Notes: generated by a model not told the origin, from the letters alone. A stretch of 64,000 bases of DNA from an uncultured Gemmatimonadaceae bacterium (GCA_963790305.1 CAWBOC010000005.1:640001-704000), one strand, 5' to 3'. Positions 41,833 through 52,360 are shown, counted from the stretch's first letter. Numbers and translations are program-made.

Positions 41833-44597
41833 CTAACGCCTCCCAGGAATATCCCGTTGAACAGCAGCTTGAACGTCCCGTGCGGCTGCGCGCGGAACGT
41901 GATCTCCGGCCCAAAGAGGTACAACGTGCCGCGGCCCACCCGCGCCTCGGCCATGGCGGTCGCGTCCTTGAGATACTGCTGGCCCCACGCCCACCCACTC
42001 CTGAGCGGCGCATCGGTGTCGAACCAGGCGATCCGCCGGACTCCCTGCGTGGCGGCGGTACTGCCTAACCGGAATGCCGGGCTGTCGTCGAAGAGAACGT
42101 CGACGCGCGAGGGCATTCCATGCGCAATGGGAAGCGTGGTGTCCACGCGGACCTGGAGCACGGATCCGGGTACGTAGTACTTCTCCCGCGGAAGCGGCTG
42201 CTCACGTCCCTCGCGCTGCTCGACGAGGGCGCTCGTGACCGGGAGCCCGAGGTGCCTGGCGAGGTTGGTCGATCCGCCGATGGTGAGGACCGTCCCGCCT
42301 TCCTCGAGGAAGCGGCGTACTTGCGGCACCGTCTTCGCCACCGTCACCCGGCCCATGCGCGCGCGCCACTCGGCGGGCACCGTTCCGGTATCGAGCGAAC
42401 CGCCGCCAAAGCCGCCCTGCTGGCCACCGTCGCGCTCGGGAATGGCGCCGTCGACAAAGATGATGACGTCGTACTTGGTGCGCAGCGCACCGGTGTCGAG
42501 CTGCGGTGTGAACACGACCTCGTGCGGGAATTCATAGCGCTCGAGAAGCCACCGCACCCAGCCCGACGGCATCGAGCCGCCATAGGTATCCCACAGCGCG
42601 ACCCGGGGCTGCCGAAGCCGCCGGGCATCGCCGGGCGCGCGCGCACGCACACCTTCGAAGCTCACCCCCGTTTGCGTGGCGAGCTGCTGCAGCAGTGCGC
42701 GCGTGTTGGAGCGCGACGCGACGAGAAACCGGCCATCGGGAAGCCACGAGACTTCGTGGCCGGCGTTGAGCAGGCGATTGACGACGAGCGCGGCGTCGTT
42801 CACGCGATGATCGATGACGTACGCCGATGCGTTGGCGACGCCGGTGATGCGTCCCGCGAGTGGTGTCGCCATTCCCTCGATTGCCGTGAACGGACCGTCG
42901 AAGCCCTCGAGGATCCGGTCGAACTTGATCCCCATTTGATAGGCAAGCGTCCACCCCGCGTTGTCGTACGGCGGGATCGGCGGGCCGCCAGGGTACTGGA
43001 AGTCGTTCGGGTGGTCCTGCGGCTCGAACATGTCGAGCACGTGCGGGCGGAACGCCTGCGCGGTCTTCACCACGTACGAGCCGGCGGGATAGCTCTTGCC
43101 GCCAGCGCTGAAGGGCGCTGTCGCCCGGTGCACGGTCACGCCGACCTTGATCAGCGCGTTGACGAATTTCGTCGCGGTGGGGAAATCGGGCTGGTCGGCC
43201 GGGAGGACATACCCGCGCGGATCCCGCTCGTCAGGCGAACGGAGAGTGCGCCAGTACTGCATGGGAAGACCACGGGCTCCAATGCCGCCGCCGCGTTGCG
43301 CATCGGGACGCGTCGCCTGATCGCCCTGTGCTCCGTCGGCGCGCGTCGCGGCGAGGCGTACGCGCTCCAGATCCGACGGCGTGACGGTCCAGTGGTCCCG
43401 ACTTCCGCGCTCGATGGAATTCCTTCCCATCTTGTAGATGTTGTAGAGGAACTGCTCGCGATGCCGCGAGGCAACGTCGAGAACTGCCTTGTTCGCGGTC
43501 ACCGAGTAGTCGACGGACTGGCGGAACTTCCACGGACCTGGCGGCACCGGAGCAACGAGATCGCTGCTGGCCAGCTGCCGCTGCGGAAGGAACGGGATCT
43601 CGATCGGCGTGGGATTCCCGATCGTCTCGGTGAGCAGCCCGATCATGTTGTGGAAGTACACGGTCGTGCGCAGACCACCATTCCACCACGTCGAGTAGTT
43701 CGCGCCGCGCCGCGTCGTCGCACCAGGCTTCTCCTCGAGCACGAAGCGGTTGTGCATCGATGCACCGACGAGATCGATGCCGGTGACGACGAGCGGATCG
43801 TAGAAGTAGTTGAACGGATCGCGGAACGGCGGAGCAAAGAGCACCGTTCCCGAGGGACCGGTCTGATGGTGGTTGTACATGATCTGCGGAAACCACTCGC
43901 GGAACAGCACACGCGCCATGTTCTCGGACTCGGGCTGCGTCACCATGTAGAAATCACGGTTGTTGTCGTGCCCGATGTACTTCTGGTAGAGCCGCGGAAC
44001 TCCCGACGTGGACCGCTGGGTCTTCTCCGGGACGCGCATGTACCAGTCCGAAACCAGCTCCATCCCATCCGGGTTCGCGTGCACCGCGAGGACGATGATG
44101 TCGTCGAGGAATCGCATCGTCTCGGGGTCGGTGCCGCTCGCCAGCTGCCACACGGTCTCGGTGAGCTGCTGCGCGCCGAGCACTTCGGTGGCGTGCAGGC
44201 CGCCGTCGATCCAGACGACCGCTTTGCCCTCCGCCGCGAGGCGCCGCGCTTCCTCATCGGTCAGCCCGTCCGCGAGGGCGAGCCGGCGCGCGATCTCCTT
44301 GTACCGATCGAGTCGCTGATGATTCGCCGGCGACGTGATGATCGCCATGAGCTGCGGGCGCCCCTCGGCCGTCACGCCGATCGTATCGAGGGCCATGCGA
44401 TCGGACTCGCGGGCAAGCGTCTGCCAGTACGCCACGAACTGGGTGTAGTCAGGCAGCACGTAGTCGGCCCCGATCTCATGGCCGAAGTGCGCGTTGGGAC
44501 TCGTGAGCCTCGGAGAGGCCGCTTGCGCATTCAGTGAGGCCGCGAGAACGAGAGCGGCCATGGCTGCACGCAGCGAGCGAGACAGCATCGCGGGCAT
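41829..44597 (-). CDS. Secreted M14-family zinc carboxypeptidase-like protein
   Basis: Signal peptide; GGLHATE (HxxE), ANPDG, DNNRD, NHHQ; C-terminal GATase-like region GWVRWLLE. Confidence 0.88.
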   Translation of the reverse strand: MPAMLSRSLRAAMAALVLAASLNAQAASPRLTSPNAHFGHEIGADYVLPDYTQFVAYWQTLARESDRMALDTIGVTAEGRPQLMAIITSPANHQRLDRYKEIARRLALADGLTDEEARRLAAEGKAVVWIDGGLHATEVLGAQQLTETVWQLASGTDPETMRFLDDIIVLAVHANPDGMELVSDWYMRVPEKTQRSTSGVPRLYQKYIGHDNNRDFYMVTQPESENMARVLFREWFPQIMYNHHQTGPSGTVLFAPPFRDPFNYFYDPLVVTGIDLVGASMHNRFVLEEKPGATTRRGANYSTWWNGGLRTTVYFHNMIGLLTETIGNPTPIEIPFLPQRQLASSDLVAPVPPGPWKFRQSVDYSVTANKAVLDVASRHREQFLYNIYKMGRNSIERGSRDHWTVTPSDLERVRLAATRADGAQGDQATRPDAQRGGGIGARGLPMQYWRTLRSPDERDPRGYVLPADQPDFPTATKFVNALIKVGVTVHRATAPFSAGGKSYPAGSYVVKTAQAFRPHVLDMFEPQDHPNDFQYPGGPPIPPYDNAGWTLAYQMGIKFDRILEGFDGPFTAIEGMATPLAGRITGVANASAYVIDHRVNDAALVVNRLLNAGHEVSWLPDGRFLVASRSNTRALLQQLATQTGVSFEGVRARAPGDARRLRQPRVALWDTYGGSMPSGWVRWLLERYEFPHEVVFTPQLDTGALRTKYDVIIFVDGAIPERDGGQQGGFGGGSLDTGTVPAEWRARMGRVTVAKTVPQVRRFLEEGGTVLTIGGSTNLARHLGLPVTSALVEQREGREQPLPREKYYVPGSVLQVRVDTTLPIAHGMPSRVDVLFDDSPAFRLGSTAATQGVRRIAWFDTDAPLRSGWAWGQQYLKDATAMAEARVGRGTLYLFGPEITFRAQPHGTFKLLFNGIFLGGVR

Positions 44598-44747
44598 TGC
44601 GAGGTTCTCCATGAAGAGCAATGAGAAACGAGAACGAGGACGGAGGAAATCGATGCGTAGAGATACGCGATTGGCGCCGTTTCCGCTGCCCTTTTGCGTG
44701 GAAATGGGACGCAGCGTAGGGTTAGGAGGAACGCGGAACGAGGTCAA

Positions 44748-44966
44748 ATGAAGCAAGACACGATAGAGCTCGAGGGCGTGGTGTCCGACGTGCTTCCCAA
44801 CGCCACGTTTCGAGTCGATCTGGAGAATGGGCATCGGCTGCTGGCGACCACGGCCGGGAAGATTCGCAAGTTCAAGGTCCGTATTCTCGCCGGCGATCGG
44901 GTAACGGTTGAGGTTTCGCCGTACGACCTCACGCGAGGGAGAATCACCTACCGCCACAAGGATTGA
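44748..44966 (+). CDS. infA: Translation initiation factor IF-1
   Basis: [28 protein letters not shown]...[21 protein letters not shown]. Confidence 0.97.
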   Translation: MKQDTIELEGVVSDVLPNATFRVDLENGHRLLATTAGKIRKFKVRILAGDRVTVEVSPYDLTRGRITYRHKD

Positions 44967-44982
44967 TTGCGGCCCGGTGCGC

Positions 44983-46236
44983 TCAGGCTGTCGGGTTGGT
45001 GATTTCCGACGTCTGAAGGCTCGCGTCTGCAGTCTCCGGCTTTCTGGTTTCTCCGCGCCGGCATGGAATCGAGAACGCGAAGACCGATCCCCCGGTGGCG
45101 GTCGACTCCATCCAGGTGCGGCCTCCGATTCCTTCCACTGTTTCCCGCACGATGCTCAGACCGAGTCCCGTTCCCTCGATGCCGGTGATGGTTTGCTCGT
45201 GCGCCCTGAAGAATCGCTGAAACAGCTTTTCGACAGCCTCGGCGGGCACGCCGAGCCCATTGTCGTGGACCTCGACGATCAGCGTGTCGCCTTGCGTGTC
45301 ATCAGGGCGCTCCACACGTCCACGAATCTCGACCGTACGGGTGAGCTTCTCAGGGTCGGCGTACTTGATGGCGTTGGAGACGTAATTCGTCAGACTCAAC
45401 TCGATTGCCGCCGCGTCCACTTCGACGTCGGGCATATCATCGCCGACCTTCACCAGCACACTGCTGGCGCGGGCCATCTCGCGAAGTTGACGGACCACCT
45501 CGGCCACCGCCTGCGGGAGGCGGACATGGCGATGCTGCCGCACGCGGTTCTCGAGGCGCGAGAGCACGAGGAGATTGCCGAGCATCGCCTCGATGCCCTC
45601 CACGTTCTCGCCGATCATGTGAAGGAACCGCTCGCGCTGGGTCTTCTCGAGCCACGACTCTTCGAGCAGGGCATGCGCTCCCTTGATCGCGCCGACGCGC
45701 GTCTTGAGCTCGTGTGACACCATCCGGTTGAAGCCGCGAAGCCGCTCCTCGCGCTCACGAACCTGCTCGTTCGTTCGGCGAAGGAAGTGCATCGTGGTGA
45801 CTTGCTGAATGACCGTGACCGCGTGAAAAAGCCGGTGCGCGCAGTTCAGCAGCTCGCTTCTGCTGCACGGCTGGTCGATCCCATCGACGATGCGCGCCAG
45901 AAAGCTGAACAGCACGCCGCCGAGGATCTCGTACTCCTTGAAGATCTCGTAGGCATCGAAGCCCTGTTGATGCCGGAGCTCGCCCAGTTCCGTGGCCTTG
46001 CCGATGACCGGGACGTCACCGGCGATGCCGTCAGCGGGATTCTCGATGTACGCCGCGACGCCGTCGATGAGCAGCGGAACGTGGTCCAGGAGGTCGGCGG
46101 TGGGAAACACACGGTTCGCATCGATCGAGACTCTCGCCGCGATTCGATCCAGCCACCGCCGGGTAAGCTCTTCGCGCTCGGCGCGGAGACGGGCGGCGAG
46201 GACGCTGGCGAGGGGGCAATCGGCCGAAGTCGGCAT
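44983..46236 (-). CDS. Soluble sensor histidine kinase with N-terminal helical (RsbRD_N-like) domain
   Basis: LGELRHQQGFD; SHELKT; NAIKY; DNGLG; GTGLGL. Confidence 0.88.
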   Translation of the reverse strand: MPTSADCPLASVLAARLRAEREELTRRWLDRIAARVSIDANRVFPTADLLDHVPLLIDGVAAYIENPADGIAGDVPVIGKATELGELRHQQGFDAYEIFKEYEILGGVLFSFLARIVDGIDQPCSRSELLNCAHRLFHAVTVIQQVTTMHFLRRTNEQVREREERLRGFNRMVSHELKTRVGAIKGAHALLEESWLEKTQRERFLHMIGENVEGIEAMLGNLLVLSRLENRVRQHRHVRLPQAVAEVVRQLREMARASSVLVKVGDDMPDVEVDAAAIELSLTNYVSNAIKYADPEKLTRTVEIRGRVERPDDTQGDTLIVEVHDNGLGVPAEAVEKLFQRFFRAHEQTITGIEGTGLGLSIVRETVEGIGGRTWMESTATGGSVFAFSIPCRRGETRKPETADASLQTSEITNPTA

Positions 46237-46317
46237 ATCGGACGTTGGTGCAGAGAGTGGACCACGCTTTCCAGGTTGGCCGCATCGCGAGCCGAACAAC
46301 CGGTTCAGGGCTCAGTG

Positions 46318-46333
46318 CGGCACCGGCCTTGCG
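46318..46333 (+). promoter_or_regulatory. Candidate sigma-54 promoter
   Basis: CGGCACCGGCCTTGCG ~40 bp before the ATG at 46375. Confidence 0.5.
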
Positions 46334-46374
46334 CCGATATCGGGCGTGGTCCCACCAACACCCGCGGAGCGAAC

Positions 46375-46728
46375 ATGAGTGACGCGATTGATGAGGGTCG
46401 GAGAGACGGACGAAACGAAGCGAACGACCCTGCCCGGCGCAGCGAGCGCGAGCGCATTGGGGTCGACATCGCGGCTCGGCTCAGCGATCGCGGAGTCAGC
46501 CTGACCGGAGAGGAGTCGAGCGAGGAGATCGTAACGCTCCTGGAGGCCCTGGAGCGGTTCGAGCGGGCGGTGCAGGCGAAGGGTGGCGACCTCATGGTCG
46601 ACGAAGGTCCGGCCGACGCGAAGCTTCAACCCGACGACCCGAATTTCGTCCTGCCGAGGCGCGCGGATGATGAGTCGGTGAGGCAGTACGTTCGGCGGAT
46701 CGAGGAAGCGACGGGAGCGATTGACTAG
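46375..46728 (+). CDS. Hypothetical acidic protein (117 aa)
   Basis: GGAG RBS; MSDAIDEG...GGDLMVD..PDDPNFVLPRR. Confidence 0.75.
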   Translation: MSDAIDEGRRDGRNEANDPARRSERERIGVDIAARLSDRGVSLTGEESSEEIVTLLEALERFERAVQAKGGDLMVDEGPADAKLQPDDPNFVLPRRADDESVRQYVRRIEEATGAID

Positions 46729-46858
46729 GAGCTAGGAGTCAGGAGTCAGGGATCAGGGGGTGTCAGGGCGTAGGTTTCAGGAGGCCCGCGATGTCGTTCT
46801 CTCCTGTAACCAACTCCCTGACACCCCCTGATCCCTGACCCCTGACTCCTGACCCCTA
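46726..46858. repeat. Palindromic heptamer element family A, copy 2
   Basis: Same arms as 39732; spans stop-to-stop between convergent genes. Confidence 0.88.
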
Positions 46859-47551
46859 TTGAGCGTATTGCGCCTTCAGTTGACTCCGGTACGCCTCGCT
46901 CGCGAAAATGGCCACCTCGACACGTCGATTCTGCTGCCGGCCGGCGTCCGTTTCGTTCGACGTCAGCGGCTCGGTTTCCCCGCGACCGGCGATCCGAAGA
47001 CGTGAGCGCGCGACGCCCTGGGCCGCGAGGTAATCGGAGGCTGACCTCGCTCGCCGCTCGGAGAGGTTCCAGTTGTACGAATCGGGGCCGTCCGAGTCAG
47101 TGTGCCCAACGATGAGCAGCTCGGTGTTCGGGTATTCGCCGAGGCTCGACGCGAGATTCCGCAGATTCGTCGCTGCCTCCTGACGCACCCGGTCGGAATC
47201 GAAGTCGAACAGCAGTCCGGACGCGAAGGTCACCTGAATTCCCTCGCCGACGCGCTCCACTTTCGCGCCCGGGATGTTCTGCGCGAGCTCGTCGGCCTGC
47301 TTGTCCATCTGCCGCCCGATCACACCGCCCACGACGCCGCCAACCACGGCGCCGATGATCGCGCCGCGAGCGGTCGAGCCGGTTTGGTTGCCGATGACGC
47401 CGCCGATCGCTCCGCCGGCGCCCGCCCCGATGATCGCCCCCTTTTCCGTCCGGCTCAGACTCGAGCAGCCACCGCTCAGGACCGTGGCGAAGAGGGCCGC
47501 ACTCGTAAGGCATGCACGACGTCGAGAAGTTGAGATCATTGTTCGAACCAT
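46856..47551 (-). CDS. OmpA-family lipoprotein with glycine zipper (YiaD-like)
   Basis: Lipobox SGGC; GAIIGAGAGGAIGG; LLFDFDS; VGHTDS; LSERRA; NRRVE. Confidence 0.92.
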   Translation of the reverse strand: MVRTMISTSRRRACLTSAALFATVLSGGCSSLSRTEKGAIIGAGAGGAIGGVIGNQTGSTARGAIIGAVVGGVVGGVIGRQMDKQADELAQNIPGAKVERVGEGIQVTFASGLLFDFDSDRVRQEAATNLRNLASSLGEYPNTELLIVGHTDSDGPDSYNWNLSERRARSASDYLAAQGVARSRLRIAGRGETEPLTSNETDAGRQQNRRVEVAIFASEAYRSQLKAQYAQ

Positions 47552-47589
47552 GGGTTTATGGAAGTGTGCTGAATCCGCGAGGAACGTGC

Positions 47590-47605
47590 GGCAGGGGGCG
47601 TGCCA
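47590..47605 (-). promoter_or_regulatory. Candidate sigma-54 promoter
   Basis: TGGCACGCCCCCTGCC on minus strand. Confidence 0.55.
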
Positions 47606-47660
47606 TGAACGTTCTGTCGCGCTTTTGCGTTTGTGACGCACGTCCCATAGCCTACACGCC

Positions 47661-49445
47661 ATGCGCCTTCTGTTCAGCTATCTCCGCCGCTACTGGGGCA
47701 TCGTCATCCTTGCCCTCGTTCTCGCCGCGATCAATCAGATCTTCTCGTTGCTGGATCCGCTGATCTTCCGGCACATCATCGACGACTACGCGACGAAGTT
47801 CCGCGAGCACACCACGCGCGAGTTCTTCCGAGGCGTCGGCTGGCTCCTCGCGGCCGCGGTGGGCGTCGCCTTCGTGTCCCGCGTCGCGAAGAACTTCCAG
47901 GACTATTTCGTCAACGTCATCACGCAGCGAGTCGGCGTCGATCTCTACTCCGACGGGATTCGCCACTCGCTCGCACTCCCGTTCCAGGTCTTCGAGGACC
48001 AGCGGAGCGGCGAAACGCTCGGCAAGCTCCAGAAAGTACGATCGGACGTCGAGCGGTTCATCGCGGCGTTCGTGAACATCATGTTCACCACGCTCGTCGG
48101 AGTGGTGTTCGTGATGATCTATGCCTTCAACGCCCACTGGTCGATCGCCCCGGCCTACCTCGCGACGATTCCGATCCTCGGCGGACTGAGCTCGGTGCTC
48201 AGTCGCAAGATCAAGGTGCTCCAGAAGCAGATCGTCGCCGAGACGACAGCCCTTGCCGGTGCCACGACCGAGTCGCTGCGCAACATCGAGCTCGTGAAGA
48301 GCCTGGGCCTCGCCGATCAGGAAGTCGCGCGGCTCACGGCGACGACGGAGAAGATCCTCAAGCTCGAGCTGCGAAAGGTGCGCTACATCCGAAGCCTCAG
48401 CTTCGTGCAGGGCACGGCCGTCAACTTCGTGCGCACGATGATCCTGCTGCTGATGCTGTATCTGATCTTCACGCAGGAGATCACTGTCGGGCAGTTCTTC
48501 TCGCTGCTCATCTACTCGTTCTTCATCTTCGGCCCGCTGCAGGAGATGGGGAACGTCATCAACATCTATCGGGAGACGGAGGCGTCGCTCGCCAACTTCG
48601 AGCAGATCCTGAGCACCCCGCCCGATCCCAAGCCCACGTCTCCTGTTCCCGTGGACGACCTGCGCGTTCTCGAGTTCGATCGCGTCACCTTCACCCATCA
48701 GACGGCGTCGACGCCCGCGCTCACCGATGTGAGCTTTCGTGTCCAGCGGGGAGAGACGGTGGCGTTCGTGGGTCCGTCGGGCGCGGGGAAAAGCACGCTC
48801 GTCAAGCTGTTGGTCGGACTCTACTCGCCGAAGGTGGGTCGCATTCTCTACAACGGCGTCGAGAGCACACGTGTGAACCTCGATCGCCTTCGCGAGCGCA
48901 TCGGACTGGTGACGCAGGAGACGCAGCTCTTCTCAGGATCGATTCGAGAGAATTTGCTCTTCGCGCGTCCGGGAGCGAGCGACGCCGAGTGCCTGGCGGT
49001 GCTGCATCAGGCGGCCGCCGATGGGCTGCTACACCGCGCCGACCGCGGTCTCGACACGGTGATCGGCGAAGGAGGCATGAAGATCTCCGGCGGCGAAAAG
49101 CAGCGCCTCGCGATCGCGCGCGCGCTGCTTCGGAAGCCGCATCTCCTCGTATTCGACGAAGCGACGTCATCGCTCGACTCGCTCACCGAGGAGGAGATCA
49201 GCCGCACGATGCGCTCCGTCGCCACCACGTCGAACGTGATCACGGTGCTGATTGCGCACCGGCTTTCGACCGTGATGCACGCCGACCGGATCTACGTGCT
49301 CGAGCGCGGTCGTGTGATCGAGACCGGCCGCCACGAGGAGCTGCTCGAGCTCACCGGGCTGTACTACGCAATGTGGCGGCAGCAGGTCGGCGAGCGACGA
49401 CCTGCGGTCGAGGGCGCCCAGCGAGCGATGGCCGCGGCGCCCTGA
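47661..49445 (+). CDS. ABC exporter, fused permease/ATPase
   Basis: TM domain; GPSGAGKST; ISGGEKQR; FDEATSSLD; IAHRLST. Confidence 0.95.
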   Translation: MRLLFSYLRRYWGIVILALVLAAINQIFSLLDPLIFRHIIDDYATKFREHTTREFFRGVGWLLAAAVGVAFVSRVAKNFQDYFVNVITQRVGVDLYSDGIRHSLALPFQVFEDQRSGETLGKLQKVRSDVERFIAAFVNIMFTTLVGVVFVMIYAFNAHWSIAPAYLATIPILGGLSSVLSRKIKVLQKQIVAETTALAGATTESLRNIELVKSLGLADQEVARLTATTEKILKLELRKVRYIRSLSFVQGTAVNFVRTMILLLMLYLIFTQEITVGQFFSLLIYSFFIFGPLQEMGNVINIYRETEASLANFEQILSTPPDPKPTSPVPVDDLRVLEFDRVTFTHQTASTPALTDVSFRVQRGETVAFVGPSGAGKSTLVKLLVGLYSPKVGRILYNGVESTRVNLDRLRERIGLVTQETQLFSGSIRENLLFARPGASDAECLAVLHQAAADGLLHRADRGLDTVIGEGGMKISGGEKQRLAIARALLRKPHLLVFDEATSSLDSLTEEEISRTMRSVATTSNVITVLIAHRLSTVMHADRIYVLERGRVIETGRHEELLELTGLYYAMWRQQVGERRPAVEGAQRAMAAAP

Positions 49446-49449
49446 CCCG

Positions 49450-50814
49450 TCAGGAGCTCAACGACTGCGCGAAGTTCAGCTCGTATCCGTTGAGGTCGAC
49501 GATCGAGAACTCGCGCTGTCCGTAGAAGGTGTCGTGGATGTCGCCGGTGAAGCGGGCTTCGGGAATCTGGGGAGTCACGCCTGCGAGGACGGCCTTCGCG
49601 CGCTCGAGCTGGCGTCCCTTCAGCGCATCGTAGAGCTCATCAATGCGGTTGGTCCTGAACCAGAAGCTCACCTCGCGCTCCGCGTTCGCGGTCCCTCTCG
49701 GCACGAACATGACGTACGCACCGCCGAGCGACATCCCGGCCCATGCCGCCTCGGTGTCGAGCTCGTGTGCTCCTTCGAGCTCAAACCCGATCGCGCGGTA
49801 CCACTCGACCGTCTGGCGCACGTTAGGAACGCGCATCATTGGATGAACGGCCGTTACACTCGCGGCGAGCCCCGAGATACGCGTCTCGAACTCCGACTCA
49901 CGGTGGCCTTTGGGCTCCTTCGCTCCCGCTGCCTTGAGGCTGCGCATGGCTCGTTCATCTCCGCGAAGCATGGCGACCGCGAGCGGCGTGCGACCCTTGT
50001 CGTCCTCCGCGTCGAGGTCCGCGCCGAGCTCGATCAGCAGATCGAGGATCGCGTAATGCGATCCCGTTCTGAATCCGCCGCCGAGAAGTCCATCGGGGGG
50101 TGCGATGACGTAATGAAGTGCGGTCTGGCGATTCTCGGTGGGCGACAGCCGTCGTGACAGTGCGTCGGGGTTCTCCTCGACCAGCTTCTGGATTGCGTCG
50201 GCATCCTGAGTGGCGATGGCCGAGAAGATGTGATGGCGAGCGCCGCGCTCGAGGAGCAGCGCGAGAACATCCGTCGGGATGGTCGGGCCGAAGCAGGTGG
50301 CCCACCCGATGACCTCGAGCTGATGTGCGTCGCCGACACCGTGCACATCTCCGCCGGCGTCGAGCAGAGCGCGCACGACTGCTACACCGCCCGCGCCGCC
50401 GGCGAAGTGCAGCGGATAGGCGTTGTCGCCGGTGTCGCGCGCGTTGGGATCAGCGCCATGCTCCAGAAGCATGCGAACCGCGTCGACGTGTGTGACCGCG
50501 AGGTGCAATCCAGTGCTCCCCTCGGGAGTGCGCTCGCGCACCAGGCTCGGCTCGCTCGCCACCAGATCGCGAAGCGTCGCGACATCTCCGGCACTACAGG
50601 CGGCGAAGAATGATGCGAGCGTCGGTGCGCGCCGCCGATCGAGCTCGGCTTTGAGGGCGCGCCAGCTCGGGAAACCGTAGTCACGAGCGATGGCGAGCTG
50701 TGCGTCGGCGAGCTTCGCCCGCCGATCGCGCAGGCGCAGCTCGAGCAAACGCTCCTTCGCGCGCTTCTTCAAGTATTCGAGCGACGCGCGGTCCGGCAGT
50801 TGGGCCCTGGACAT
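49450..50814 (-). CDS. Ankyrin-repeat protein with N-terminal helical domain and C-terminal VOC/glyoxalase domain
   Basis: LEYLKKRAK..AQLAIARDYGFPSW; TGLHLA, YPLHFA, TPLAVA; DTFYGQREFSIVDLNGYEL. Confidence 0.85.
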   Translation of the reverse strand: MSRAQLPDRASLEYLKKRAKERLLELRLRDRRAKLADAQLAIARDYGFPSWRALKAELDRRRAPTLASFFAACSAGDVATLRDLVASEPSLVRERTPEGSTGLHLAVTHVDAVRMLLEHGADPNARDTGDNAYPLHFAGGAGGVAVVRALLDAGGDVHGVGDAHQLEVIGWATCFGPTIPTDVLALLLERGARHHIFSAIATQDADAIQKLVEENPDALSRRLSPTENRQTALHYVIAPPDGLLGGGFRTGSHYAILDLLIELGADLDAEDDKGRTPLAVAMLRGDERAMRSLKAAGAKEPKGHRESEFETRISGLAASVTAVHPMMRVPNVRQTVEWYRAIGFELEGAHELDTEAAWAGMSLGGAYVMFVPRGTANAEREVSFWFRTNRIDELYDALKGRQLERAKAVLAGVTPQIPEARFTGDIHDTFYGQREFSIVDLNGYELNFAQSLSS

Positions 50815-50838
50815 AGACACACCCCTTCTTCCATGAAT

Positions 50839-50945
50839 GCCCGGCGTCCGCGGCTCTCGGGCTGGAAGTCAGGGTTTTCTGACTGTCGACAGAATCGGGT
50901 GGGTTGAACCCTTTACGCGGACCGTCGGCCGCCCGGTTCGGCCGA
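50839..50945 (-). promoter_or_regulatory. Putative structured 5' leader RNA
   Basis: Closing stem GTCCGCG/CGCGGAC enclosing GGGT-TCA-ACCC and GTCAG-AAAACC-CTGAC hairpins. Confidence 0.45.
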
Positions 50946-50969
50946 GGGAGAGGATAATGTTTCGGAGAC

Positions 50970-51046
50970 AGCGCTGGAAGAGCGCTGGGGGCCGACGACG
51001 AAGTTCTAGCGCCTTTCCAGCGCCCTCAGCGCTCTTCCAGCGCTAC
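50970..51046. repeat. Inverted AGCGCTGG-type repeats overlapping the symporter 3' end
   Basis: AGCGCTGGAAGAGCGCTG ... CAGCGCTCTTCCAGCGCT. Confidence 0.75.
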
Positions 51047-52276
51047 TCCAGGGCCCGTTCTTCTCGCGACCACCGCCGCCGATGTCATGTGTCCCGTGAC
51101 GTTCAACACTCCCTTGAACAGATCGGGAATCGAGTCGGCCGCGATGAGCAGGCCAATCGCTTCGATAGGAATGCCAAGGCCGGTGAGAAAAGGACCCATG
51201 AGAAAAATGCTCGCACTCGGCAGCCCGGGAACGCTGAAGCTCATGAGGATGCTGGTACCGAGGAGCAAGACGAACTGCTCCGGGGCAATGACGACACCGT
51301 AGAGGCGCGCCAGGAAGGGAATCGAGACGCTCCACATGATGGGCGTCGACAGACGCAGCGTCGTCACCGCGAGTGGGAGCATGAAGCTCGTCACCTGCGC
51401 GGGAAAACCGAGCCGCTCCCGCGCCGATTCGACCATGGCTGGCAGCGCCGCGAGCGATGACCGCGCGCTGAACGCGATCGCTTGCGGCGGAACAAGCGCG
51501 CGCGCGAAGCGGGCCAGCGGCTGACGCCCTGCGACGACCGCGACGACATACAGCAGGAGCGTCACGAGGATGATGACGCCGCTGATCAACGCGATGTAGA
51601 GAGCAAGCGCGCGGACGGCGCTGAGGCCCGTTCGGATCACGAGCGTCATCGCGAGCGCGAATACGCCGAGCGGGGCGACCGCGATCAACCAGCCGACGAT
51701 GACCGTCATCGCTTCGGCAATCGCCCGAAACACGCCCGCGACCGCCTCGCGTCGCTCGACGCCGATGCGCGCGAGCGCGAGGCCAAAGAGAATCGCGAAG
51801 GTGACGAGCGGCAGCATCGCCCCATCGGCCGCGGCCCTAATGGGATTGGCGGGCACGGTGCTGACGATGAGATCGGAGAATTTCGGGAGCTGGCGCGCCG
51901 TCGCGACCACGGAGCTGTCCATCGTCGACCGCATCAGCGCGGTCGTCTCGGGATCGATCGGGATGCGCAAGACGAGCGGCGTCGCGACGAGCGCACTCAC
52001 GAGCGCGGTTCCAACCAGCAGCGCGAGAAAAACAGCGAGTGCCACCGCTCCGAGCCGGCCGGCGGAGCCGGTATCGACCGTGGCGACAATGCCGGTTACG
52101 AGCAGCGACAGCACGAGCGGGATGAGCACCATCTGAAGCGCGCGGACCCAGAGCGTCCCGATGGGCTCGACGACGGCCGCGACGGTGCGGAGTACGGGCG
52201 CGTCGAGCGCAGCGATCGCGGCGCCGGCGAGGAGGCCGGCGACGAGGGCGAGAAGGACGCGGGAGGTGGAGCTCAA
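51026..52276 (-). CDS. Dicarboxylate/amino acid:cation symporter (DAACS)
   Basis: PIGTLWVRALQMVLIPL, VPANP, AFSARSSLAALP, GVLNVTG; TTG start inferred. Confidence 0.92.
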   Translation of the reverse strand: MSSTSRVLLALVAGLLAGAAIAALDAPVLRTVAAVVEPIGTLWVRALQMVLIPLVLSLLVTGIVATVDTGSAGRLGAVALAVFLALLVGTALVSALVATPLVLRIPIDPETTALMRSTMDSSVVATARQLPKFSDLIVSTVPANPIRAAADGAMLPLVTFAILFGLALARIGVERREAVAGVFRAIAEAMTVIVGWLIAVAPLGVFALAMTLVIRTGLSAVRALALYIALISGVIILVTLLLYVVAVVAGRQPLARFARALVPPQAIAFSARSSLAALPAMVESARERLGFPAQVTSFMLPLAVTTLRLSTPIMWSVSIPFLARLYGVVIAPEQFVLLLGTSILMSFSVPGLPSASIFLMGPFLTGLGIPIEAIGLLIAADSIPDLFKGVLNVTGHMTSAAVVARRTGPGVALEER

Positions 52277-52294
52277 GGGTGGCGAGGTTATCCC

Positions 52295-52360
52295 GGTCGT
52301 CGAGGTGATCGACGTGAAGTCACCTCGATGGCCTCGATTACCTCGACTACCTCGACCACC
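52295..52360. repeat. Inverted 9-mer (ACCTCGAnn) repeat hairpin
   Basis: TCGAGGT/ACCTCGA units directly after the kinase stop. Confidence 0.75.

Noticed and set aside
42120..44537. 805-aa plus-strand ORF and many similar long overlapping ORFs
   Set aside because: Arg/His-rich antisense shadows expected at high GC; the opposite strand carries recognisable genes.
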